Below, piece after piece: positions 21,069 to 29,659 of a stretch of DNA of 64,000 nucleotides; the first letter of the stretch is position 1; each line of letters starts with the position of its first letter. Under the pieces are notes generated by a model. The model was not told the origin of the DNA. It did not search any database and saw only the letters and a program-made list of their open reading frames with translations. Where the stretch lies: NCBI GenBank assembly GCA_040390125.1, contig JAZJYZ010000001.1, positions 442,396 through 506,395 of the forward strand. The letters run 5' to 3'. This DNA is from Patescibacteria group bacterium (GTDB lineage Bacteria; Patescibacteriota; Minisyncoccia; Phycocordibacterales; Phycocordibacteraceae). The position numbers and the translations under genes were made by a program.

Positions 21069-22870
21069 CTATTTTAGAATCAATACGCAAAGGAAGAACA
21101 AACATCCTTGTTATCGGAAATCATCCGGGCATTATTCAGTCGGTGCTTGATTTTGATTTTCTCTCCGGCAAGCGTGAGCCTTCAATATTGGGAATAGTGG
21201 CAGGGAATCGTAAAGCAGAAAAATATTTTTTTGGCACCCAAGAAGTTCTTTTACCTTGCTATAAAAACATTCAAGTCGCTTCGGAAACGTTGGGTTCAAA
21301 AGTTGACTGGATGCTTAACCTCCAGTCAGGACGTCGTACGTATGATTCGACGGTTTCATTTTTTAATTTTTTCCAAAATGCCCTTGGTGCTCATATCTTT
21401 GCAGAAAACGTTCCAGAGAGCCACGCCACAAAACTGACTGAACTCTTTGGTGCTCAGTATTTTATTGTAGGGCCTTCTGGCGTGGGCCTCCTTGTGCCAG
21501 GAGCATTAAAGCTTGGGGCAATTGGGGGTGTGGATGCTGTGCAAATTAAATCTGGAGCACTAACGAGTGCTGGAACTATAGCTGTTGGTTCTACTTCGGG
21601 AGGTATGACCAATGAACTTATTCATGCGACTGCTAAAGCTGGAAAAAGAATTTCGTTTGCAATAGCTATCGGCGGAGATAGGTTTCCCGTCGTGTCTTTA
21701 ACACAGATATTTACTCTTGCCGAAAATGACCCTCACACGAAAGGATTTGTATATTTTGGTGAGCTTGGTGGCGTTGATGAGTATGAAATTATTGAACTTA
21801 TTAAGACGAAAAAATTTACGAAACCACTCGTTGCCTATATTGCAGGAGTTATTGATGAAGCCTTTGATGAGCATGTGCAGTTTGGGCATGCAAAGGCACT
21901 GGTGCAAACAATGGATGAAAGTGCACGGGCAAAACGGGAAGCGCTTCGGGAGGCTGGTGTTATCGCTCCCGACACCTTTCCTCAGTTTCTTAAAGAACTT
22001 CAAAAACTTCCGGGAGACACGTATACTGAGAGCGTAATGGATATTCAACCACTTCAGGGACGACAGAAAAGCATTCTTTCCACCAGAAAAGTTTTGGATG
22101 TAGACGAGGGTCGTGTGTTTGTGAAAGGTAAAAAGCTTTTGAAAGGTAAGGACAATGCATTCGTGGAGGCAACGCTTGGTGCACTTCTTGGAAAGTCTGT
22201 ACGCTCACCTATAACACTAGCGTTCACCGAAGCCGTTTTTGAGATGCTTATAGATCACGGGGGCAATGTGTCTGGGGCAGTTAACACGATGATTACAGCG
22301 CGTGCTGGCAAAGATCTGGTTTCTTCACTTGCTTCGGGTCTTCTCACGGTGGGCCCTCGTTTCGGAGGAGCAATAAACGAAGCAGCGAGTTTGTGGATTT
22401 CAGGAGTGGTATCTCAAAAAACAGGTTTGGAGTTTGTGGCGGAAAAAGCAAAGGCAGGGGGGTTAATCTTAGGTATTGGACATAAAAAATACCGCATTGG
22501 TCTTCCTGATCCTCGTGTCAAAGCTCTTGGTGAATTCGCTACACTTTTAAAGAAACATCCACATTATGATTTTGCACGAAGTGTTGAGAAAGCTACGACC
22601 TCAAAAAATGGAAAATTGATTTTAAACATTGATGGTGCAATTGCTGCACTGCTTTTGGACATCTTGAGTGAATGTGAAGGAATGAGCGAGCGTGAACTCC
22701 AAGAACTTGCAGATGCTGAGTTTTTCAATGCGTTCTTTGTTATTCCTCGTTCAGTTGGTTTCATTGCACATTTCATGGAACAAAAGAAAAATGACGAAGG
22801 TTTGTTCCGCCTTCCTGATGAATTGTTGTTTGTGAGAGAAAGTGCCCCAAAGAAAGGGAAGAAGAAATAA
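21065..22870 (+). CDS. aclA: ATP-citrate lyase, large subunit (CoA-binding, catalytic His, citryl-CoA lyase/citrate-synthase-like domain)
   Basis: 601 aa. VQFGHAKA (phospho-His loop), ITARAGKDLVSSLASGLLTVGPRFGG and GIGHKKYRIGLPDPRV (citrate-synthase-like GHRxxK..DPR) match the ACLY C-terminal half. The 4-nt overlap with aclB indicates translational coupling. Confidence 0.85.
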   Translation: MTILESIRKGRTNILVIGNHPGIIQSVLDFDFLSGKREPSILGIVAGNRKAEKYFFGTQEVLLPCYKNIQVASETLGSKVDWMLNLQSGRRTYDSTVSFFNFFQNALGAHIFAENVPESHATKLTELFGAQYFIVGPSGVGLLVPGALKLGAIGGVDAVQIKSGALTSAGTIAVGSTSGGMTNELIHATAKAGKRISFAIAIGGDRFPVVSLTQIFTLAENDPHTKGFVYFGELGGVDEYEIIELIKTKKFTKPLVAYIAGVIDEAFDEHVQFGHAKALVQTMDESARAKREALREAGVIAPDTFPQFLKELQKLPGDTYTESVMDIQPLQGRQKSILSTRKVLDVDEGRVFVKGKKLLKGKDNAFVEATLGALLGKSVRSPITLAFTEAVFEMLIDHGGNVSGAVNTMITARAGKDLVSSLASGLLTVGPRFGGAINEAASLWISGVVSQKTGLEFVAEKAKAGGLILGIGHKKYRIGLPDPRVKALGEFATLLKKHPHYDFARSVEKATTSKNGKLILNIDGAIAALLLDILSECEGMSERELQELADAEFFNAFFVIPRSVGFIAHFMEQKKNDEGLFRLPDELLFVRESAPKKGKKK

Positions 22871-23505
22871 TGGGCAAGATTATCTTGATAGGAGGTCCAC
22901 CTCGGAGTGGAAAAACAACTCTTGCGCAAAAAATATCTGAGGAAACTGGCATCTCGTGGGTTTCATCGGATGCATTGGATGATATTGCAAAAAGATATGT
23001 TCCCGAATCTGATCTAGAAAGACTATTTCCAAAAACTACTCTACGAATCAAAAGCGGTGGTGAAAACGATGGAATGTACGTCGCTTTCTCAATTGAAGAA
23101 ATAGTTTCCGCATATATAAAACAGGCAGAAACTATTCATAAGGCTATTGAAAGCTTTATTCTTTGTGCGAATGTTGAGGATTGGAATTACGTAATTGAAG
23201 GCTATCATGTCACTCCCAAGCTCATTGCAAAGTTACGATCTGAAAATATAGACACTTCATCCGTGATGCTCATTAGCACCAAAGCAGAGGAGGTGATTGA
23301 GCGAAGTATAAAAAGCGACACAAAGCAGGACTGGCTAAGAGATAACACGAAAAATCAAGAGACTTTTCAAAAAATAGCGGACATGATTAGCTTATTCAGT
23401 AAAAAACTAAAACAAGAAGCCGAAGAAAACGGCATTAAGGTTATAGATACAAGTGAAAATTTTGAAACAAAATTTCAAGAAGCATTCGACTACCTTATAA
23501 AATAA
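22870..23505 (+). CDS. Predicted P-loop kinase/NTPase (AAA family)
   Basis: 211 aa. Walker A LIGGPPRSGKTTLAQKI. Overlaps the aclA stop codon. Confidence 0.5.
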   Translation: MGKIILIGGPPRSGKTTLAQKISEETGISWVSSDALDDIAKRYVPESDLERLFPKTTLRIKSGGENDGMYVAFSIEEIVSAYIKQAETIHKAIESFILCANVEDWNYVIEGYHVTPKLIAKLRSENIDTSSVMLISTKAEEVIERSIKSDTKQDWLRDNTKNQETFQKIADMISLFSKKLKQEAEENGIKVIDTSENFETKFQEAFDYLIK

Positions 23506-23552
23506 TTTTTAAATACAAACACTTTAGGCTATTATTGCCTCTGTATTTCTAC

Positions 23553-23629
23553 GGGCGGCTAGCTCAGCTGGTTAGAGCGTTCGCCTCACACGCGAAAGGT
23601 CACAGGTTCGAATCCTGTGCTGCCCACCA
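23553..23629 (+). tRNA. tRNA-Val (anticodon CAC), CCA encoded
   Basis: GGGCGGCTAGCTCAGCTGGTTAGAGCGTTCGCCTCACACGCGAAAGGTCACAGGTTCGAATCCTGTGCTGCCCACCA. Anticodon loop cTCACac. Confidence 0.85.
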
Positions 23630-23894
23630 AACAAGGAAATGACGTGCGAAGCACTTCGTGACATTGTTTGTGAGGCAGCACAGGCTTCGAAAGACGGAGG
23701 CGGTATACAAGACGAGCTTGGCGAGTGCTTGTCGCCGAGCCGGGGTTGCGGAAATTTTATATAATAAAATTATCTGTGACCGAATCCTGTGCTACCCACA
23801 AGTTCTTTTAAAACATCAAGCGGGGCGTAAGCAGAACTTTCGCCCTCGCTCCTCGAAAAGAATACACGCAAGCGTGATATTATCTTTCTCGTCG

Positions 23895-23968
23895 CGGGGC
23901 GTAGTATACCGGTAGTACATACGATTCGGGTTCGTATAGACCGAGTTCGATTCTCGGCGCCCCGACCA
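23895..23968 (+). tRNA. tRNA-Pro (anticodon CGG), CCA encoded
   Basis: CGGGGCG acceptor, anticodon stem-loop tacga/ttCGGgt/tcgta, T-arm ccgag TTCGATT ctcgg, 3' CGCCCCG-A-CCA. Confidence 0.8.
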
Positions 23969-24010
23969 TAGAGGTATTTAATAAATTTTGCTAGAGTATC
24001 TTTTGTTCAT

Positions 24011-24081
24011 GGGCCTATAGTCAAGTGGTACGATGCTACATTCGCATTGTAGAGGCGCGAGTTCGATTCTCGCTAGGTCCA
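24011..24081 (+). tRNA. tRNA-Ala (anticodon CGC) with G3:U70
   Basis: GGGCCTA acceptor pairing with TAGGTCC (G3:U70 identity pair). Anticodon stem ctaca, loop ttCGCat. T-loop GTTCGATT. Confidence 0.8.
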
Positions 24082-24163
24082 CATTGCTCCAGGGAGCAAA
24101 GCTCGCAGGAGCTCTTTCGAAGAAAATGAGAATACTTGGTATTCTGTATTTTCCTTCTCATTC

Positions 24164-24235
24164 GCTCCTGTCGTTCAATGGATAGGATGCCTCCCTCCGA
24201 AGGAGGCGATGTCAGTTCGATTCTGGCCAGGAGCA
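24164..24235 (+). tRNA. tRNA-Arg (anticodon CCG)
   Basis: GCTCCTG...CAGGAGC-A acceptor. Anticodon stem cctcc, loop ctCCGaa, stem ggagg. T-loop GTTCGATT. Confidence 0.8.
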
Positions 24236-24255
24236 CTAACTAAGAGAGCAGATTG

Positions 24256-24283
24256 TGCAACCTCCGGAGGTTGCACAATTGCA
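24256..24283. repeat. 28-bp perfect palindrome (attgtgcaacctccggaggttgcacaat) after the tRNA cluster; likely hairpin/terminator
   Basis: Perfect dyad symmetry read directly from the sequence. Confidence 0.6.
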
Positions 24284-24325
24284 AGAAACTGTACCTTTTC
24301 TGGTCGTGTATGTTTTAATTCCCGA

Positions 24326-24361
24326 TATAGTATAATTTCACGGTCGTGAAATTATACTATA
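24326..24361. repeat. Family-A palindrome copy 1 (tatagtataatttcacg-gt-cgtgaaattatactata)
   Basis: 17-bp perfect arms. Related copies at 35445..35486 and 41785..41820. Confidence 0.8.
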
Positions 24362-24728
24362 CAGCGTTATTCTCATTTTCTGCACAGTATCTCTGTCTGG
24401 AATCTTGACAGGGTTGTTTAAAAATTTTATCGTATCAGTTATATGGAGAGTAGAATTAGCTTGCGAGATTCTTTTGATGTTCGTCAAGAACGTAGACTTC
24501 GAAGGGAATTGTTCGTGCGATTTTTAGGGTTTACTCTTTCAGGGGCAGTGCTTGCACTTTCCAACAATTCTTTTGGATCCAATCAATCTCGACACGAGCG
24601 ACCCGCTATAACAAGCACACCACACGCAAAATAAATTTGTCTCTAAAAATATTTGAGATGCCACTAGTCTTCAGATGTAAGTATTTTTCGAACATTTAGC
24701 TACGTCGTTCCCATACGCAATCATTCCT

Positions 24729-25307
24729 ATGAAATCACGCTCATATCGAAAACCTCTTTTACCTGAAAATGCGAAGCGAGTTTTTGAAGGAAAGATTTTT
24801 GATGTCTATCAATGGGACCAGAAAGTATACGATGACAGTATTCATGTCTACGAAAAGGCCTCAAGGCCAGATACTGCGGTAGTTTTTCCGATCACTGAAG
24901 ATGGACACATTCTCATAATAGAGGATTCACAGCCACATCGAGGTATGGTGCTCACTGCCGTAAGCGGAAGGATAGAGGAAGGCGAAAATCCAGAGGATGG
25001 TGCGAAGAGAGAATTATTGGAAGAGACAGGATATGAAGCGAGCAGTTGGGAGCCTTTTTACACCACTGCGCCAGTAGAAAAACTTGATTGGATGAATTAT
25101 GTATTCATTGCCAAAGGGTGCAGGAAAGTTAAAGATGCTGAGCCTGATCCCGGAGAAAAAATAGTTACACAACTAGTCACGTTTGATGAGTTAATTTCTT
25201 TATCTGCGGAAGGGAAGTTACGTGGAAAAGATTTCTCAATCATGGTACTTCAGGCAATGCTGAATCCTGAAAAAATGAAAGAGCTCCGAAATAAATTTGC
25301 CAACTAA
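24729..25307 (+). CDS. NUDIX hydrolase (ADP-ribose pyrophosphatase-like)
   Basis: 192 aa. Nudix box GRIEEGENPEDGAKRELLEETGYEA. Confidence 0.8.
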   Translation: MKSRSYRKPLLPENAKRVFEGKIFDVYQWDQKVYDDSIHVYEKASRPDTAVVFPITEDGHILIIEDSQPHRGMVLTAVSGRIEEGENPEDGAKRELLEETGYEASSWEPFYTTAPVEKLDWMNYVFIAKGCRKVKDAEPDPGEKIVTQLVTFDELISLSAEGKLRGKDFSIMVLQAMLNPEKMKELRNKFAN

Positions 25308-25339
25308 AAATTTTCCGTTAGTATCTAAACTTTCAGTAC

Positions 25340-25410
25340 GGGCCTATAGTGAAGCGGTATCACGCAACCATGGCATGGTTGAAGTCGGGGTTCGACTCCC
25401 CGTAGGTCCA
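25340..25410 (+). tRNA. tRNA-Ala (anticodon GGC) with G3:U70
   Basis: GGGCCTATAGTGAAGCGGTATCACGCAACCATGGCATGGTTGAAGTCGGGGTTCGACTCCCCGTAGGTCCA. Anticodon loop atGGCat. Confidence 0.8.
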
Positions 25411-25697
25411 CTCGCAAAGCGAGTGGAATACAGCAGGCAAATTTCTTTGCCTGCGTGGGGAGTCGAAGGACGGAGTAATGTTTTTTGTTTCAAAAAACTA
25501 CGAGGCGGGCCTGCGACCGAGCCGAACATGGGTGAGGTGAGAGTTGTAGGCGACTCCCCGTAGGTCCACAGAAATAAGGCGCTGCGCCTATATTTCGTAG
25601 GATGCCGGAATCTGATTCCGGCGCCACAAAAAACTACATTGCTCGTAGGATGTCGAAATTCCTATTTTGACGCCACAGCTGTTCAGTAGTTTTTAAA

Positions 25698-26075
25698 TCA
25701 ACGCAACATGTCCCCCAAGGAAGTTCCTGAAGCTATTGATAGATAAACCATCAGTATTAAAAGTAGTATAAAAGCGACTAAAGATAATACTACAAAAGGC
25801 ATCGAAACATATCTTAATGCTGTAATGATTACATGATTAAGGGTTTTTATAAATCCTTGGGGCTTTAGAGATGTTTTCTTATATCCGCGAGCACATAAAA
25901 AAATAAGGCCCCAGAAAACCAAAAGGAAAAAAACTTGGCGTATATCGAACGCAGAATTTGAGGAAGGAATGAGTTGTAAGTAGTGCAGAACAAAGGCAGT
26001 CGCAAGTACTATATAAATTCCTAAAGAATAAATAAGATTTTTGTTCATACGCATAAGATGATGTATTGAGTACAA
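25698..26075 (-). CDS. Hypothetical integral membrane protein (125 aa)
   Basis: Several hydrophobic helices and no recognisable domain. Confidence 0.4.
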   Translation of the reverse strand: MYSIHHLMRMNKNLIYSLGIYIVLATAFVLHYLQLIPSSNSAFDIRQVFFLLVFWGLIFLCARGYKKTSLKPQGFIKTLNHVIITALRYVSMPFVVLSLVAFILLLILMVYLSIASGTSLGDMLR

Positions 26076-26186
26076 ATTTATTATAACAAATAATAGATTT
26101 AATTTTTACAATTTTTTGCGATCAAAATATTTCATATGTCAATCACATGACGCTTTTGCGAGAGTGAAGCGATTGGGTGTACTTGC

Positions 26187-26738
26187 TCACCACACCCACT
26201 TCACTGTTACAAAAGCAATGGCGATAATGCTCAGCAGTGTCACGCTTTGCAGTGCCATCAGGAGATATTTATGCGAACGTTTCGCATACGCTTTTCTTTT
26301 AAGATAGGCGTGCCATCCTTGATGCACTAATAAAATATTTCCAGTAAGTGCGAAAACCAATATTAATCCAGAGATCTGATCGTTCAATGAAAGTGCATCA
26401 AATCCATACAAGGCTATACTTGCACCGACTCCGGCAAGAATAACGTCTGTTATTGCGTTCTCTGCGTCTTCCACAACTCCCGCACCAAGTTCAAGTATTT
26501 CGTAGACTATAGCTCCTCCAATTATCGCTATCAGGGCATAGAGGGTAGGTACTTGGAGAAATAATGCGAACGCACCAAATGTCAGCCCAGAGAGCAAGTG
26601 TACGAGTGACCAGAAATCCGCATAGCGACCATGCTCCCATCCGAAGTGAATTAATTTTGATGCTGTGCGTTCAAAGTGGGAGTCCATATTCTCTTCCTCA
26701 GTATACCTCTGTGCACCTCCATCATTTGCCCTCCTCAC
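26187..26738 (-). CDS. Hypothetical integral membrane protein (183 aa)
   Basis: Hydrophobic helices (LVHLLSGLTFGAFALFLQVPTLYALIAIIGGAIVYEILELGAG). The start may be at a downstream Met. Confidence 0.45.
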   Translation of the reverse strand: MRRANDGGAQRYTEEENMDSHFERTASKLIHFGWEHGRYADFWSLVHLLSGLTFGAFALFLQVPTLYALIAIIGGAIVYEILELGAGVVEDAENAITDVILAGVGASIALYGFDALSLNDQISGLILVFALTGNILLVHQGWHAYLKRKAYAKRSHKYLLMALQSVTLLSIIAIAFVTVKWVW

Positions 26739-26754
26739 AATAGCGGGTCATACT

Positions 26755-27282
26755 ATGGGCGTAATGGAAAAGGAAATACTACAGAAGCAAGACGCCTTGG
26801 AAAAACCACCACGTGTAGTGTATTTTTTTGAATACCTTACAAGGTGGATAGGTTCTATTCCATCCTTAGTTGTTCATACAGTTCTTTTTGGAGGTGCGTT
26901 TGCTCTCGGATTTTTTCACATAGCTCAATGGGATTCAGTTCTTTTAGTGTTGACGACAATAGTCTCTTTGGAGGCAATCTATCTTTCTATATTCATCCAA
27001 ATGACTGTTAATAGGCACTCTGAAAGCTTGAAGGAGGTTGAGGAAGACGTTGGTGACATTCAGGAAGACATCGAAGAGATTACTGAAGACGTTGAAGGAA
27101 TTCAGGAAGACATTGAAGAGATTACTGAAGATGTTGAGGGAATTCAGGAAGATGTTGAGGAAATGACCGAAGAAGATGCGGAAGATGAAGCACGTAAGCA
27201 GAAACAGCTCGTTTCTTTGGATCAGTTGACCAAAGATGTACAGAGAGTGTTGCAGGATTTGGAGAAATTTAAGAAACAGTAA
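26755..27282 (+). CDS. DUF1003-like membrane protein with C-terminal acidic tandem repeats
   Basis: Two TM helices, then 3 x 14-aa repeats (EDVGDIQEDIEEIT / EDVEGIQEDIEEIT / EDVEGIQEDVEEMT) encoded by 3 x 42-bp tandem DNA repeats at 27043..27168. The track ORF starts at 26665, but Met 26755 (MGVMEKE) avoids overlap with the convergent gene. Confidence 0.55.
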   Translation: MGVMEKEILQKQDALEKPPRVVYFFEYLTRWIGSIPSLVVHTVLFGGAFALGFFHIAQWDSVLLVLTTIVSLEAIYLSIFIQMTVNRHSESLKEVEEDVGDIQEDIEEITEDVEGIQEDIEEITEDVEGIQEDVEEMTEEDAEDEARKQKQLVSLDQLTKDVQRVLQDLEKFKKQ

Positions 27283-27450
27283 GAGGATAGCTTTCAGCTT
27301 CTAGCTTCCAGCTGTCAGCTTTTAGAATTTCAACTACCAACTTCTAGCTTCCAGGCAGTAGGTGCTAGCTTTTTCTAATGCGAATTCAAAGCTAGAAGCT
27401 AATTGATCCCTACGGACCCGACGAAGTGTCGCCTAGCACCTAGAAGCTTT

Positions 27451-27756
27451 TTATTTATCTTTTGGTTTGTCTAGCTTCTCTAAACCTAGGATCTTGAAGC
27501 CGAAATATACGACTGCGGTCATTATGAAAAAGTTTATGAGGGTGATGAGAAAATTGCCCCACATGATTTGTGCACCAAAAAAGGAGACGGAAGATTCTTT
27601 GAGGCCGTGCACCTGACCCAAGAAAAGGCCCACGATGGGGTTTACGATGTCGTTAATGAACGAACCCACGAGTCCTGATACTGCACCTCCTAATACGAAG
27701 CCTATTGCAAGACCTACAACGGCTCGTTCACGGATGAAGTCGATGAAACTTTGCAT
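27451..27756 (-). CDS. mscL: Large-conductance mechanosensitive channel
   Basis: 101 aa, two TM helices. The N-terminal FIDFIRERAVVGLAIGFVLGGA matches the MscL consensus. Confidence 0.8.
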   Translation of the reverse strand: MQSFIDFIRERAVVGLAIGFVLGGAVSGLVGSFINDIVNPIVGLFLGQVHGLKESSVSFFGAQIMWGNFLITLINFFIMTAVVYFGFKILGLEKLDKPKDK

Positions 27757-27895
27757 TTTTTTTCTAAAAGCTTCCAGCTGTCGGCTTTCAGGTTCCAGCT
27801 TTTAAAGATAGAACCTAGACGCTAGAAGTCAGTACCTGAGCCATGTTACACTACCCCGCAACGAGTGGAAAATACCTAACTTTAAGATATCAACA

Positions 27896-28651
27896 ATGGA
27901 ATCCTCTGGTATTCACGTCATATTGAAAGCAGAGCCGTTAGGTGCACTGTGGGGTATACCTATCACAAATAGTCTCCTCATGACGTGGATCGCCATGGGG
28001 CTGATCTTCCTTTTTGTCTTCCTTTTTAGACGCCAAATCGCTTTGGTACCGGGCAAGCTTCAGACAACTCTTGAGTGGGGTGTTGAGGGAGCGCTTGGGT
28101 ATATGACAGAAACGCTTGAAGACGCAAAGCTCGCAAAGCGTTTTTTCCCTCTCATTGCTACATTATTTCTTTTTATCCTCACTATTAACCTACTTGAATT
28201 CTTTCCTGGCGTCGGAAGTTTAGGATTCTTTTCGGAACATGGTTTTACGCCACTTTTGCGTGCATCAACTGCTGATCTGAACACGGCACTTGCACTGACA
28301 CTCATCTCAGTCATTACTGTTGAAGTTATAGGGTTCGTGACTCTTGGTTTCTTCCGATATGGTGGGAAATTCATAAACTTTTCATCCCCACTCAATTTCG
28401 TTGTCGGCTTAATAGAGCTGGTGAGCGAACTCGGTCGCCTGGTATCGCTTTCGTTTCGTCTTTTCGGGAATATCTTCGCTGGCGAAGTTCTTATTGCCGT
28501 CATTGGGCTTTTTGCACCATATGTCGTTCCGGTGCCGTTTATGCTCTTTGAGGTCTTTGTTGGTTTTGTGCAGGCGGTCATTTTTGCCCTGCTCACTCTC
28601 TTCTTTATAAAACTCGCCGTCACGCCTCCTCACGATAGCGAGGCCCATTAG
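27896..28651 (+). CDS. atpB: F0F1 ATP synthase subunit a
   Basis: 251 aa. Conserved LSFRLFGNIFAGE (Arg of helix 4). Confidence 0.9.
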   Translation: MESSGIHVILKAEPLGALWGIPITNSLLMTWIAMGLIFLFVFLFRRQIALVPGKLQTTLEWGVEGALGYMTETLEDAKLAKRFFPLIATLFLFILTINLLEFFPGVGSLGFFSEHGFTPLLRASTADLNTALALTLISVITVEVIGFVTLGFFRYGGKFINFSSPLNFVVGLIELVSELGRLVSLSFRLFGNIFAGEVLIAVIGLFAPYVVPVPFMLFEVFVGFVQAVIFALLTLFFIKLAVTPPHDSEAH

Positions 28652-28792
28652 GGGCGATTTTCCCACTGGCGTGAAAAAGGGTGATGGATTATACTAATGA
28701 AGCGACAGTTAAAGGCTTTTGGGCCGTTGGGCTCAAAAGTGAGTTTAAAAATTATTAAATTTTCAAGCTAGAAGCTAAACGCTATCAGCTAA

Positions 28793-29032
<240 letters not shown>

Positions 29033-29127
29033 TTAGAAAAGGGGTTAGGGGTCAGTGTTTAGTGTTCAGAGATTCTGAAATTGAATTTCACTAGCCTCTA
29101 AACACTAAACTCTATACACTAGTTGCT

Positions 29128-29574
29128 ATGGGAGAGTTATTCGACACATTCGGAATCGACGTACGATTGCTTATTATACAAGCGGTCAATTTTGGCATTA
29201 CACTCGTGGTGCTCTGGTATTTTCTGTACCGTCCGCTTCTTCGTGTTATCGGTGAACGTAAAGAGAAGATTGCAAAAGGTATTGTGGATGCAGAGGCGGC
29301 TGAAACACTACGCACCGAAACCGAGGGTGCACGTGCAGGGGTTCTCTCTCAAGCAGAACGTGATGCTCAAGGGCTTGTGGAGCGTGCAACCTTGGAAGGT
29401 AAAGACGAGCGTGCAAAAATCATAAAAACTGCACAGGATAGAAGTGACGCAATGCTTGCCGACGCAAAGAAAGAGTCAATCGAAATGCAACGCCGTGCTC
29501 TTGCAGAGTCAGAGAAAGAAATGACACGACTCGCTATTCTTGCGGCAGAAAAAATCCTCCGCAAACAATCCTAG
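29128..29574 (+). CDS. atpF: F0F1 ATP synthase subunit b
   Basis: 148 aa. N-terminal TM then a long charged helix. Position is in the atp operon. Confidence 0.8.
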   Translation: MGELFDTFGIDVRLLIIQAVNFGITLVVLWYFLYRPLLRVIGERKEKIAKGIVDAEAAETLRTETEGARAGVLSQAERDAQGLVERATLEGKDERAKIIKTAQDRSDAMLADAKKESIEMQRRALAESEKEMTRLAILAAEKILRKQS

Positions 29575-29659
29575 ATGTTTATTCTCTTTATGATCCCTTC
29601 GGATCCGATGAAGCATCGCCTATCCACTAAACACTAACCCCTAAACCATTCTTCCAACC

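Noticed and set aside
23658-23915. ORF-track CDS of 85 aa spanning the tRNA-Val downstream module and overlapping tRNA-Pro.
   Set aside because: It overlaps a confident tRNA gene and the repeat module. The translated sequence is low-complexity and Arg-rich, so it is most likely not a gene.
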